NCBI GenBank assembly: GCA_964016885.1
Contig: OZ024747.1
Coordinates: 31,434,001 to 31,498,000 of the forward strand
Reading direction: 5' to 3'
DNA: 64,000 bases
DNA from: Eledone cirrhosa
Lineage: Eukaryota
Made by a program: the position numbers and the translations under genes. Positions 23,764 through 37,697 of the stretch are shown here, in pieces (within the stretch, counting starts at the first letter, position 1; every line of letters starts with the position of its first letter). The notes beneath the pieces were generated by a model, which did not search any database, was not told the origin of the DNA, and was given only the letters and a program-made list of their open reading frames with translations.

Positions 23764-26654
23764 CACACACATTAATATATAGAAGTGAATGTATCTATGT
23801 TCCATGATGCTGATCGTATTTTTTCAACCTATGTAACAGAAATTCAACACATCTTTTCCAAGTAAACTTTATGAGCTGATATTTGTTGTTCTTTAGCTCC
23901 TGACTGAAACAACAAACTAAGAACTATGTATATCTCCATGTACTCTACTAAGCAGTGGAAAAAGTTACATATAAGTCTACAACCCAAACAAGTTACAGCA
24001 GGATTTGATCTTAGAATGCAAAGAGTTGGAACAAACACAGCAAGGCATCTTATTTCATGCTATAATGACAGTTAATCTACCATATATATCAACTATATAT
24101 ATCAACTCTAGAAGGATGAAAGGGAAAATTGATCTGAGTGGGACTTGAACTCAAAATACAAGGAGATAGAATGAATACCACAAGGCATTTAATTTGATAA
24201 GATCATCATCATCATCACCATCACCATGATCATCATCAGTTTGTTAGGTTTCATATTTGGCATACTTTCTATGGCTGAATGTTGTTCCTAATACCAATCA
24301 CCTTACAAGGTGTACTGGGTGCATTTTTCGTGATGCTTGTAATACCCCTTTACAGAGTGGGCTAGGTGCACTTTAGTGTTGCACCAACATTAACACATAA
24401 CAGGATAAACAGTGTGCATTTTATCATGTTTATCATAGCACCAACACTAGAGTGTTTGTCACATGCTAGGCCACACTGAAATGTCTTCTCAGGCACTACA
24501 TTGTCTCCATTTGATTACTAAACATTGCAGCCTCCAGACGCCACGTTTATGTTTAGTCTCTACCATTTCCTCAACAACTTTCTCCTGATCGCAAGCAATA
24601 TGACATCTAAATTAGAAAATAGTTCTGATTATTTCCAAAACAAAACATTTTTTCAATACCTCAGACTTCTTTATCTTAAATGCTACTAATTCATTGTTGG
24701 ACCTTTGAAGTTTTTCTGTTTCTTCTGTCTTTGTCTCAAACATATCTGAAGATTCTTTTAATTAAACACAAGTCCAATGTTTGTACAAATGTTATATAGA
24801 AGGTGGCAAATTGGCAGCATCAGATAGAATGCTTTGCAACATTCGTTTTGGCTCTCTGTCCTCTGAGTTCAAATCCTGCCAAGGTCAACTTCGCCTTTCA
24901 TCCATTTGAGGTTGACAAAAAAATAGTACCAGTCAAGTACTGGGGTTGATTCTTCCTCTATATCTCTTTCTCACTTCATGTCTCTCACTTTCTATCCTTC
25001 TCTGGAAAAAATCTATTCTACTCAGGCCTGGAGAAAGAGGATTGGCTCCAACAGGTCTAAAAAGATGCCCTAGGAAATGCTGTATCTCAATATGCCACCC
25101 CTACAAACTCTTACAAGAGTTATGGCTCCTCTTCTCTTCTACATAGAGGACTGGGCTGACTTAAATATACATTTCACATTGCAGGAATCTCATTAACTAA
25201 TAATTGTTTCTATATATTGCAGATAATCAAGATACTTATCTGTGGAAGTTACACTGTAGCGTCATGAAGATAAACCCCTTTAAGCAATCCCAAAGCACTT
25301 CACGTCAGAAGTGTATCCCCAGCTAAATGTTAGTGACTAGGTTTGATAGAATTTGTATTTATGAAATGTTGTTAAAACAGGATTACTTTTAGATAATGTA
25401 AAAGTAACCATTGACTTAGCAACATTTCATAAATATATATATATTTCACTGCAATTTGATTTAATGAAATACCCAGGGTACACTTGAAACAAGGTTATAT
25501 GTCATGCACTGCATGACAAATCAATTTCAGTAGGTCCCCAGATACCTGTACGTTATAGGTCAATGGCCTACTTAGACTATATATATATATATCCAGACCT
25601 GTGTCTATGACCTAAATTTAATTTGCTGTCTCAGCATTGGCACTAGATTTCCTCACAAACTCTTTAAGTAGTTCAGTGAAGCTTCATAGTGATAAAGCAA
25701 TATTTCTTTATTACATTTTGCAGGAATATGGCAAAGACAATAGGTGTGAAAGTTGTCAATATTCTAGAACAACAGACTGATTTAATTAAGACACACTAAT
25801 ATGGTCTGTGTATCAGAACGAGGTAGTATAAAACACATAAGTCCTTGCAAAATGCTCAAAATCAAATGTATTACAAACAGTACAGTAGTTGACGTGTGCT
25901 GCATTGAAATGCATTGGAATTTGAATAACAGACAGACTTAAAATCTCAACTAAGTAGTAATAATGTAATGTGATGCTGAAAAGTTTTAGGAAATAAATAA
26001 GGGAAAAATATATTCTGGTTCTCTTAAATCCAAACAGAATTGGAAGGTTATAGAACCAAGAAGACAACTTTATAATCAATGTTGATTATATTTATATCAA
26101 TAACATCATCGTTTTAAAGTCTGTTTGTCCATGCTTGTGTGGAGTATACATATGTATGATGTGTGTAGCTCAGTGTGTATACATATGTATGAAGGTGTGT
26201 AGCTCAGTTAACCAACTTTTTACCGTGTTACCTACACTGCCACATTACAGCATGGACTGTGTGTTTTTTTGTCGTGACACCTTCACGATCTCGATCTCAT
26301 TATCTCATTTATTTGGACTGGATGTTGTGGTACATAAGGGGTTTCTTTACAAAACACATATTATAGGAAAGATAGGGTTTGGAAATTTTTGGTTATTTAG
26401 AAGGTTTCTGTATCTAAACTATAATAAAGTAAGAAGCGCGGGACTGCGTACGGTTTATAATTTGTTATCCCATTAATAAAATAAGTTGGATTACTTTGAA
26501 TAAATAATGAATGAATATTACATAATTTATCTACCAAATTTCGTAGCTGTTCATTAAATATATTTTATTATTTTATTTAAAGATTCACTTCATTAAAATT
26601 TCAACATTTCCGGTGGCGATCGCTTAAATAAACATATTAATTTTCTGTCACTAA

Positions 26655-26830
26655 CGTGTTACCTACACAGCCACTAACGCCATGCTTTCCAGCATAGTTA
26701 CGTCCTCCCTTTACAGTCTGAGTTCAAATCCCGCCGAGGTTAACTTTGCCTTTCATCCTTACGGGGTCGATAAAATAAAGTACCAGTAATGTACTGGGTA
26801 ATTGATGGCCTTGTGCCAAAAGTAGAAACA
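26655..26830 (+). mobile_element. 5'-truncated SINE family 1 with a 19-bp TSD
   Basis: TSD attaattttctgtcactaa at 26636 and 26831. Confidence 0.88.
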
Positions 26831-27675
26831 ATTAATTTTCTGTCACTAATTTTCTCCTAATGCAGTTTATATATAATATCGTCTTTTTTAATGTATCATG
26901 GATTAGTTACTGATTACATAAGACAGTGTAACACAGTCTTCGTTCAATTTCTGTGTATATTGTTAATTACGATTTTACTTGACGTGTCCTATCTACATGC
27001 AGAAAACCACCCATTTATATATTGTTTACTTGTATTGCTTTCAGCTGTGTATACATCATTTTTAAAAGGATTTCTGTTACAGATATTTGAAGCAATATAT
27101 ATATATTTATATATTATAAAGAGTGTGGACCCTGACAACTGAGCTCTTGCCATTTCAACAGCTAGTTCCTGACTGGACTTAGCTGTAGAAACGGCAAGAG
27201 CTCAACCGTCAGGGTCCTAACTCTTTATAGTATAACCATACTATACCAAGTATTGAGTACTCTGTTCAGTATTGGTTTAAGCAGTTTCAAACGGAATCCA
27301 TCCTGATTTTTATATATATATATATATATATGTATATGTGTGTGTATATATATATATATATATTCTATTCTATACTATTCATTTTACGTCCACTTTTTCC
27401 CTGCTTGCAAGGATATATATATATTACCATCGTTTGCGAAACTTGTTTGGATTTTGAAGTTCGGATTGATCTGCGGAAAAGGTTTGAATTTTGAAATTTA
27501 AATTTGTCCAGGTACCACGGCTATTTGCCAATATGAGTTTGTGTGTATTGATTAATTATTTTAAATCGATACAGGCAAGGTATATTTATTTGAATTAGTT
27601 TATTTCATTCTAGCTAACTTCGTCTTTTACAATACAAACACTTAGGTGTTTATCATATATTAATTTATATTAACT

Positions 27676-27740
<65 letters not shown>

Positions 27741-27742
<2 letters not shown>

Positions 27743-28051
27743 AGGCACATGGCTTAGTGGTTAGAGCATTTGCCTTGCAATCGAAAGGTTGTGAGATCAT
27801 CAGACCGGGTGATGTGTTGTTTCCTTGAGCAAGACACTTTATTTCACATTGTTCCAGTTTACTCAGCTGGGTCCCTATCATTCCACTGCAAAGTTGCCGT
27901 GGAGGTGCCACAGCAAAAAAGCACCCAGCACTCACTGTAAATGAGGTTGGTGTTAGGAAGGGCATACAGCTGTAGAAATCAAGCCAGAATCAGTTTCCGT
28001 CCCACCCTTGCAAGCAGGGGAAAGTGGGCGTAAAATGATGATGATGATGAT
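27741..28051 (+). mobile_element. SINE family 2
   Basis: ggaggcacatggcttagtggttagagc ... cccacccttgcaagcaggg..(ATG)n. Confidence 0.88.
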
Positions 28052-28052
28052 A

Positions 28053-28607
28053 TCTATATATCTAAAACAGAAAATGTCTGTCTGACTATCTAAAACTCGA
28101 GAATCACCCAAACGATTGTTTTCAAACTTTACACATGTAATACTTATGGTTGTGTGAGTGTTTTGAGCAAAAAATATCGCATTAGGCTATTTAGCAATCT
28201 CTTTCTATAATTCTTAGTCTTTCTTTTTAGATAGATACATAGCTACAACATCGCGCTCTTATAATATCTGTCTCTATGTCTGGCTGTCTGCATTAAGACA
28301 TTATGACGTTACCTGTGTGTGTGTATATATGTATATATATATATATAGTTTGTAACGTTTTTCGAAATATTTACTTCTGCGTTCACAGATAGATTTTTTT
28401 AGTTTCAGAAGATCCCATTAAACTTTAATCTGTTATTTTAATATATATATATATATAATTATATATTCGTGTACAGATATTTTTGAATACACAATAACAC
28501 AATATAAACAAATGTATTTATTTCACGAGGCTCGATAAGGATAAATATATATCAAACATATAAGAACCCTAGAGCAAATTCCGAGCAACGCCGGGCCATT
28601 CTGCTAG
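28053..28607 (+). mobile_element. Non-autonomous Helitron
   Basis: A|TC start (tctatatatctaaaac..tgtctgtctg); 3' hairpin-like ccgagcaacgccggg followed by CTAG|T; no TSD. Confidence 0.72.
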
Positions 28608-29297
28608 TATACATATATATATATATATAGTTATGAAAGATATTTATTTGTTCATATATTTGGGCGAGACCCAAGGCCACCACAAAAATATATATAGATA
28701 ACCCTTTAAATTATAATTATCAGATAATGGTTTGTGAATAAATTAGCCTAAATATATAGAATTTTCTTATTTCATATTAATTCATATACATATATACACA
28801 AGCACATATGTTTACACACACACACATACACATATAAATATATATATATATACACACACATATATATATTCATATAGATATATGTACATATACATATGTG
28901 TATATATACATATATAAACATATATATATACATATATAAACATATATGTATATATATATATATATCATCATCATCATTTTACGTCCGCTTTTTACGTATT
29001 GCAAGGGTGGGACATATATATATATACACGCCTGCATATGATTTGTTATTGTACTCTTCCTTTCTCAAAACTGCTTCCTCAATGCCTCTTTAATATTTGG
29101 ACTATTCCCTTGTTTTAACTGTTGCATGTATTACACTCCGTCCTTTTAAGTTTAATTTTGATTTGAATTTGAACTTGAATGTTTGTACAATTATTGTACA
29201 ATTCTCGTAAAATATATGTCACATCCATTCCACCCTGTAAATACGAAACTGTTGCTCACAACATCAATTTATATGTATCTATATTATTGTTCAGTTG

Positions 29298-30840
29298 AAT
29301 ACCTAGTTAAAAGTAAGCCACTCTTCTTGGCATTTGTTGATCTGGAAATAGCCTTCGACAGAGTGCCCTATGCTATAATCTGGTGGGCTTTTAGAAAACT
29401 AGGAGTAGATGAATGGCTTGTGAAAGCTGTACAAGCCATGTATAGGGGAGCAGTCAGCAAAGTTAGGGTTAGCAATGGTTATAGCGAGGAATTTAGCATA
29501 CATGTCAGTGTCCACCAGGGCTCTGTTCTTAGCCCTCTCCTGTTAATTATAGTATTGCAGGCAATAACAGAGGAGTTTAAGACCGGATGCCCATGGGAAT
29601 GCCTATATGCGAATGATCTCGCACTTATAGTTGAATCTATGGTAGAACTAGAGAAGAAATTCCAAACATGGAAGCAGAGAGTAGAAAGAAAGGGTCTCAA
29701 AGTCAACCTGACAACAACTAGGTAGACAAGAAAACAGAACTCAGATCCCCTTAGGGAGATGGCCTTGCTCAGTATGTAGGAAAGGTGTAGGTAGGAACTC
29801 CATCCTTTGCCCCAAATGCAAATAATGGGTACACAAGAGATGTAGTGGGATCTCAGGTAGCTTAGCTAAGAATGTAGGCTTTACATGTAGCAGCTGCACT
29901 GGGACAGTAAACAGCAAACGGCCACAGGAAACAAGCACCACTAACCTCTGGGAAGGCTCTGTAGAAACAGAAGACAGATTTTGCTACCTAGGTGACCAAA
30001 TTAACAGTGGTGGTGGGTGTTCAGAAAGTACAGTAACCAGGGTAAGTACAGGGTGGAAGAAGTTCAGGGAGCTATTGCCACTGCTAGCTGCAAAAGGCTT
30101 TTCCCTCAAAATGAAAGGAAGAATGTATAATGCGTGCATCCGAACAGCAATGCTACATGGTAGTGAGACCTGGGCGCTGTGTGTAGAAGACTTGCACAGA
30201 TTAGAAAGAAACAAAGTTTGCATGCTCCGATTGATGTGTAATAGTAATAAACGCAAACAGCAAAGCATAAACAAATTGAAAGAGAGACTGGGCATAAGAG
30301 GAATCAAACGCTGTGTGCAGGAGAGGTGGTTGCATTGGTATGGACATGTGATGTGTATGAAGGATGACAGATGCATAAAAAGGTGCAGAGCACTAGAAGT
30401 CGATGGAAGCCGTGGAGTGGGGAGACCCAAGAAGACCTGGGATGAGGTGATAAAAGCCGACCTTACCCAATTGCACCTCTCAAAGGTGATGACACAGGAC
30501 TGAAACCTCTGGCGGCACGCAGTAATAAAGAAGAACCGACTTCCCATTGGTACAAGCCGAAGCTGAAGCATATAGACAGTATGACCCCCACTGCAAAAAA
30601 GGACCCAGCTGACACTGTAAAGTGGAGGTGCAGGTGCCATGGAAAAAAAAACACCCAGCACTCACTGTAAATGAGGTTGGTGTTAGGAAGGGCATCCAGC
30701 TGTAGAAATCAAGCCAGAATCAATTCCCATATGAGCAAGACAAGATCAGCCGACTGGACACTACACACAACAGGACAACCCATCTAACCCATTCTAGCGT
30801 GGAAGAACGGACATAAAATGGTGATGATGATGATGATGAT
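29298..30840 (+). mobile_element. RTE family A, older 5'-truncated copy
   Basis: FVDLEIAFD, VHQGSVLSP, YAND, LHGSETW; (ATG)n tail. Confidence 0.92.
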
Positions 30841-31029
30841 ATATATATATATATATACTCACACATATATACACATATATATAGAAAAGGTGAAGTTGGA
30901 AATATATTTTAGAATATACTTTAGGGTCTGTTTTTCTTTTTTTTTCCTTTCTTTGATTCATCAAAGTGTCATTACTGAAAAATGAGAGGGACAATTCTTT
31001 TTAAAAAAGAATTTTATAATGTATATAAA

Positions 31030-31625
31030 GTATTACCGGTTTCGATGTATTAGTAAAATTCATCAAATGTTTAGTATTACAATTAAAAGAATGAATAAGA
31101 ATTAAAAATTAAAAATTTAAGATTTAAAATTAAGAGGTAAGTTTTTTCATCTTCCTTGTTGAGAAGGAGATTGGAAAATGAACTCTTGTGTGTGTAGTCA
31201 TAATAGTAGCAGCAGCATTGTTGGTAGTTGTGTTTCTTCACAGAAGAAAATTGTTTTCAGGAAATATTCTGTAAATATGTGTGTGTATCTCCTTTGTGTT
31301 AATGTTCAAGAGTTCAGATGGGCGAAGGACAGAATTGTAAGCTAGAGACAAATTCTATGGGATTCTAAGGAATTCTATTTTTAGAATATGGTTTTAGAGA
31401 CTGTGTGTATGTGTGAAAGTGAATATATAAAAATACATACGTGTGAGGGGAGGGAGAGTGGTGTGTGTGCGTGATTCAGCTTGTCTGCTGTCACTGGTCC
31501 ATTTGTGGTCGGAAATTAAAAAACAGTCTGAAGCATCAGTGGTGGCTTTCAATCAGGAATTTTTGGGAAATATGTGTAAGAGCATTTTTTCTCTTATTTC
31601 GTGGAGTGTATGTGTGTTTGTGTGG

Positions 31626-31714
<89 letters not shown>

Positions 31715-33343
31715 AAGAGAGAGAATCTAATGTGGGTGATAACATATTTAATTTTAGTTAAAATTTTTTAATAAATAGTTTTTCTTTATTTATTCTTTGT
31801 TGGTGAGTGGAAGAATCAGGGCACTTGTAAAGGAGGAAGATTTTAAAGTTGGGTAGGGTCATTCCTGCACAATCTACAATGTGGCTACTTAAGGGGATTT
31901 TTCTTGTGTTTAAGTCATAGATTTGTTGGCAGTGGATGGTCATTCTTTTGCGTAATGACACCCCCATCTGTCCTATGTACTTATGTTGACAGCCTCCGCA
32001 TGTGATTGCATAGATCTGGTTCTCTGAGTTGCAAATGAAGTTGTTTTCCTCTGTGAAAGTTTGACCATCTTTAAACATGAATTTTTGTTCTTCAATTAAG
32101 TATAGGCATGTGCCACATTTTGTTCTTCCGCATTCTGTTACCATAAGGTTGGAGATTATTTGTTCCAGTGAGAATGTGTTTTAGTGATTTGGGTTGCCTT
32201 TTACTTTTAATGATCTTATGTGTTTTTAGAATTTTTTTCATTTTTTCATCTTTAAATAGAATGGGGAGGTTTTTGTGTAGGAGGTTGGACATTTCGGTGT
32301 TTTGGGGGTTGAACATGGATATATATATGTTAAGTTATTGTTTGTGGTTCTGTGCTTTGGGTTGTTGGGTCGATGAAAATCTGCATGTTTTGTTCTGTCT
32401 ATTTCGTTATTAATTATGTCAAGTGGGAAGACTCTTAAGGTGTGTTTTTTAGTTCTTTGTTCCCATTTAACTGGGTCTGATAGTGCATATACGTTTGGCT
32501 AAATTATAAGGAATGTTAAATTTTGTGTGTCCGTGGGTTTATAAAAGATGTCTGTTTCTATTTTCCCATCTGTTTTTAAAATAAGGATATCCAAGAGTTG
32601 CATTCCATCGTGAATTGTATGTTATTGTTAACGTTGTTTATCATATTTTTGAAAAGAGTGAATGTATTCATGTCTTCCTGCCATAGTATAAAGCAATCGT
32701 CTAGGTATATCTTCCAATTATTTTTGAGATGTGTAAGAAAAGAGTCTCCGAATAATAGAAGATAATAGATAATTGTAGATTTGTTGTTCATGGAATCCCA
32801 TGACTAAGTTGGCGAATGTGGGGGCTACCTTTGTGCCCATTGTAGTACCTGAGATTTGTCGGTATGTTGAATCATTGAAAGTAAAATCTTATTCTGTAAG
32901 ATAAATCTGAGTCCATCAATAATAAATTTTTTCTTGATGAGTGTTGGTATTTCTGATTGGTGAATGTCTAGCCAGCACTGGATTGGCGTTATTCCATAGT
33001 TGTGGGGTATGTTAGTGTAAAGGTTTACTACGTCAAAAGAGACAAGAATAGTGTTTTCACTTACTGTTTTGGGTAGGTGGTTCAGCATATCAAGGTCATC
33101 CCGTATGTAATTCTGTGTATGTTTTAGTAAGGGCTTTAGTAGGATGTCCTGGAAATTGCTAAGTCTGAGTGTTTCACATGCAGGGCCTGCTATAATTGGT
33201 CTGAGTTTTAAGTCTTCTGGTGGTGTTAGTTGTATGTATTTGTTTGTTGAAGTGTCGCATGCATCGTTTATGAGTTTACATTTATGGATCTTCGGTAAGC
33301 CGTAGAAAGCACTCATATTACATTTGAAACGGCTTATGTATTC
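31030..33343 (-). mobile_element. Penelope-like element (Neptune-like), pseudogenised RT plus GIY-YIG, with 3' UTR and a degenerate HHR at 31030-31070
   Basis: FYGLPKIHK, LRPIIAG, SFDVVNLYTNIP, YLDDCF, CG..KCGTC, IYAITC..C..KYIGQ; reverse complement TTGATGA..GAAA ccgg TA. Confidence 0.9.
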
Positions 33344-33483
33344 CAGGGAGATACATTGGCTCCCTACCTTTTTATCATCGTAGTGGACTATTGTATGCGC
33401 CTTGCACTGCAGAGACACCAGGACTCTGGTTTTACTGTAACCAGAGCAGGAGAGTTAAGGCGAAAAAGATATCGGATGCTGAT
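33344..33483 (+). mobile_element. Internal fragment (140 bp) of RTE family C RT
   Basis: QGDTLAPYLFIIVVDY; reverse complement of 3645-3780. Confidence 0.85.
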
Positions 33484-33491
33484 ATATATTC

Positions 33492-33529
<38 letters not shown>

Positions 33530-33532
<3 letters not shown>

Positions 33533-34995
33533 CTGATGTATGTGACTTGGTTGGCCTTTTTATCTTAGACATATTATGTGTTAGATTCCCGGACTTCCAC
33601 ATGGGAATATACCGTGACGATGGACTGACTTTATCACGACCGGTTTAAAAAAGACTTAGCCTTCGCTTCTACCTTCAATCAGTTAGGCCTTAGGATAACA
33701 GTAGCCACCAACCTCTCTAGCATAGATTTCTTAGACATTAATTTAGACCTTCGCACACACACCCACAGACCCTTCCATAAGCTAAACGAGAAACTTAATT
33801 ACATTCACAAGGACTCATGCCACCCTCCCACAGTTTTTAGAAACTTTGTTAAGAATATCAGTACTAGAATTTCAAACCTCTCCTCTAATAAGGCTATCTT
33901 TGACAGGGCGGCACCCTACTATAACACGACGTTGGCTAACAGCGGCTTCTCAGAACCTATCACCTACTCTCCCACTAGCAACAACACCATTAAGAAAAGT
34001 AAGCACATCAATAGACAAACTATCTGGTTCTCTCCTCCCTTCTCACTCAACGTTAAAACCAATGTAGGAAAAAAATTTCTAGCCCTCTTAGATAGACACT
34101 TCCCCATAGGTCATAAATACCGCTCCATCTTTAACTGACACAAAGTAAAACTAGGATACTCCTGCACTAAGAACATGAAGGCCCACATCACCAGCAGCCC
34201 TAGGAGCAACACCCCACCAGGGTGCTCTTGCCGTAACCCTGAAGCTTGCCCCCTTCAACAGCAATGCAACACACCAACAGTAATCTATGAAGCTGTGGTC
34301 ACTGCCAACCGACCAAATGAACCACAGGAGGTCAAATCCTATGTGGGCATGGCGGAGGGCCGATTCAAGGAGCGTTTCCTGAACCACCAGTCTACCTTCA
34401 GATACCCGGATAGACGTTCACCCACGAAACTCGCGAGCCATGTATGGTCCCTCAAGGACTCAAGTATAGGCTACTCCATTCAATGGAAAGCCATCACTAA
34501 GTCCAAGCCATACGCAAGGGGAAATCTGACGTGTAGCTTATGTATTGACGAACGAATAACTATCCTAAAGAGATTACGCAATAGTAATTGTCTAAACTCG
34601 AGAAGTGAATTTTTCACACGTTGTCCACACGTCAGCAAACATCTATTGCATAACTACAAGGCTCCGGACTGATTCTTTGTAATTTTATTTTTAATTTTTT
34701 TAAATTTTATTTTCAACCTAAAAACTTTCCAGACTTTCGCAGTTATCTCCCTTACACCTCCCGCACGCAGTCTAGTATTGCCTGTGTGAAGTGACAGAGT
34801 TTCTGTGCATGCGCGTTCATACGGTTGTCCTTCCTGTTCCTATAACCATACACATCTTGAGCTGAGGATCCGCGAAGGTGAAACAATTGTTCTCGGTATG
34901 GTGAACTATCTGTTGTGTAACCACTTCTACCTAACTCGTCCCTTGGACTGAGTGCTCTACCACTATGGATATTACCTTCCAGTGTTCCACCACTA
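33530..34995 (+). mobile_element. 5'-truncated PLE (Nematis-like): RT C-terminus, GIY-YIG and pLTR
   Basis: CDLVGLFIL, GIYRDDGL, IWFSPPFS..KTNVGKKFL, CSCRNPEACPL, VIYEA..YVGMAE..FKERF..H, LNSRSE..CPH. Confidence 0.92.
34858..34895 (+). ncRNA. Minimal hammerhead in a PLE pLTR
   Basis: tgag CTGAGGA t cc gcgaa gg t GAAA caattg TT ctcg, about 190 nt after the GIY-YIG stop. Confidence 0.8.
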
Positions 34996-35110
34996 TATAT
35001 ATATATATACATTCATATATATATATATATATATATATCCATATATATATATATTCATATATATATATATATTCTTATATATATAAATATACATATATAT
35101 ATGTATATAA

Positions 35111-35165
<55 letters not shown>

Positions 35166-35632
35166 TATATATATATATATATATTTATTAAAATAACAGA
35201 TTAAATTTTCTCTACGGTTCTTATATATTTGATATACATTTATCCTTATCGAACCCTCTTTGGATTTTAGTCTTCAAATTTATTAATATTACTATATTCA
35301 TATATATATATAACCATATACATGCACACACACGCACACATACATGCATGCTTACACCTTCACGTATTCTCTCACACACATAGACATACATGTCCAAACC
35401 CTTTTAAAGGGAGACAACTCTTTATCCACCTAACCTTCACGCTTTGACCTTAGAAAGTGAATGGAATTTCTTTACTATTTCCTGTCAGCATGACTTGGCA
35501 AGCTAATTAGAACACTGAAGTAATATCAGGATATTCAAATAAATTGATGGTAAAAGACTAATTCTCAGCCATATCTTTTGCATTTGCATTCTATATCCAT
35601 ACCTGCATTGTTCTGGCCTTCTAACTTCAAAC

Positions 35633-35666
<34 letters not shown>

Positions 35667-35672
<6 letters not shown>

Positions 35673-36737
35673 ATATTAAATAAATGGAAACTATATTTAT
35701 AAAACAATATTTATTCCACTTTATACCCCAAGGGCACTAAAAACCCCAGCACACCCTCATCAGACAAAACACAAAATGTGTTTTACAAATCTTGACACAT
35801 CCAAGGAACACACCCCACCAGTTAATTTGGGGGAAAACCCTGAACACCTACCTACACCACATATATACTCACATGGAGAACCATGTTTTTAAGCACCCAT
35901 CCCATTACAATATTGTAGTGGGTTAAATATATAAATATCTATATATATTTTAATAACAGCATATGTATTATTACTAAAGAGATATAGATAATTTGCAATT
36001 ATTAGTTGTTTATTAGTTACGAGGGATTTTGATTTTGTGTTTTATGTAGATAAATAAATAAATAAATAAATAAATAGGTAGTTCAAGTTTTAGGTGGTTG
36101 TTTACAACATGACCCACGAGGGATGTTGATCATGTATTCCATGAAAATAAATAGGTAGATAAAATTATGAATTTATATATTTGAATATCCTGCTCGGCAT
36201 TGAGAATGTTTTAATTTAACGGAGTGACATATATAATAATATAATAAGTTTATATGATTGAGAAAGACAAGGTAACTCCAATTTTGTTTGTTAATCGATA
36301 ATTTTTAAGAGTTAGTGTGAGATTAATTAATTATTTAGTCGAAAGAAGTGTGAATGTTTGAAAATCGTCTTGAATAGGATACATTTTTCTAATGTCAGTT
36401 AATGGCTATTAATCTACGTTTAAAAATATCCTTAGAGGGTGCCACTGGAAAAATATAATCCAAGAATTAAAGAATTAAAAAAAAATTAAAATTAAAATTA
36501 TAATTATATATATAGACACATATATATATAAATATCTATACACATATATATATAAATAAATATACATACACACATATATATATCAAAAGAAATCATGGTG
36601 TGTTTCTTGGCTGTGTCAAGATTTGTAAAACACATTTTGTGTTTTGTCTGATGAGGGCGTTCCGGGGTTTTTGGTGCCCTTATAGTGGAATAAATATGAT
36701 TTTATAAATATAGTTTCCATTTATTTAATATCATTGA
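35667..36737. repeat. Inverted repeat of about 145 bp (35667-35812 / 36595-36737), PLE pLTR-like
   Basis: Arms contain CTGATGA plus a hairpin but no GAAA. Confidence 0.7.
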
Positions 36738-36936
36738 ATATTTACTCCAGAAATCTGTTGAGTACTCTGAATCAGTTATAAACATTTATATTTGTTGAAT
36801 TTCCAACAAATTAAATATCCCTTCTGCTTATATATATATGTATATATATATATTGTTATACTTTGGGAGGGTCATGTTGCCAAATTCAGAAACGAAATAT
36901 ATATATATATATATATGTGTATATATATATATAGAT

Positions 36937-37520
36937 ATAATGAGAGGTCTACAAATATATGTGTATACATACATATACATGTATATATAAACATATATTT
37001 TTCACAAGTATGTGAGATTGTATGTTGACGACCTTAACTTGTGAAAAATATATGTTTATATATACATGTATATGTATGTATACACATATATTTGTATACC
37101 TCTCATTATTTTCTCTAACTCCCTCACGGTAGAGTAACCACGGAAGTATAGTGACTGCTTTCAAGCAAACACTCTATACACTTCTAGTCAACCTTACCAC
37201 CCTTCTGTAGCCTAGGTATCATATCAATATCTCCCTCCGCCTGCTGAGATATTTTCACTGCTACAAGGGATTAATCCCCTTTCTTGACCGGTGTATCATG
37301 TGATAGAGTCTCCCTCCACCTTTCTCAGATTTTCTTGCATGCTACGGATGTATGTAGTTAGGGCTCTTCCCTGAGGTGCTCTCTTGATAAGCTGGCTTAC
37401 CTCACAACAATGTTACATATCTATGATATAACATTTTTGCATAGTGACCAGCGAAACTATACAGTCGGGACTAAAGAAAAAGATAGGTATATTTTATCTA
37501 TTATTCCTTTTTATAATATT
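36937..37520 (+). mobile_element. Diverged homolog of the 13549-14503 element with an inverted 5' arm
   Basis: Arms 36937-37009 / 37037-37109; shared motifs aactccctc..ggt.gagtaa, gtgactgct, ccctccgcct, tttct.gaccg. Confidence 0.72.
37380..37470 (+). ncRNA. Hammerhead ribozyme, U3-A8 variant with a long loop II
   Basis: tctc TTGATAA gctgg ... ccagc GAAA ctatacag TC ggga. Confidence 0.78.
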
Positions 37521-37697
37521 TTATATATATATATATTAATATGTGTAGAAGTAGACACAGTAAACCCATGTCTAAAATTACGAGGGTAGATTACACCACA
37601 AATGTTAATTTTTAATTGCAGGGTATCTATATGAGTTAGTAACTCTATATTTTATTTGTATATATATATATATATATATATGTATATTTATATATAT

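Noticed and set aside
18900-26100. Possible host exons after polypyrimidine-AG sites (19401, 21426, 25222, 25723) and ORF 19769-20008
   Set aside because: The frames I translated close quickly and show no recognisable protein; small or non-coding exons cannot be excluded without RNA-seq
27741-27815. tRNA genes at SINE heads
   Set aside because: A/B-box-like motifs are present but there is no cloverleaf; the heads are continuous with SINE bodies
36640-36690. CTGATGA plus hairpin (mirror at 35730-35765) as a hammerhead
   Set aside because: No GAAA or NUH follows; at most a deleted relic
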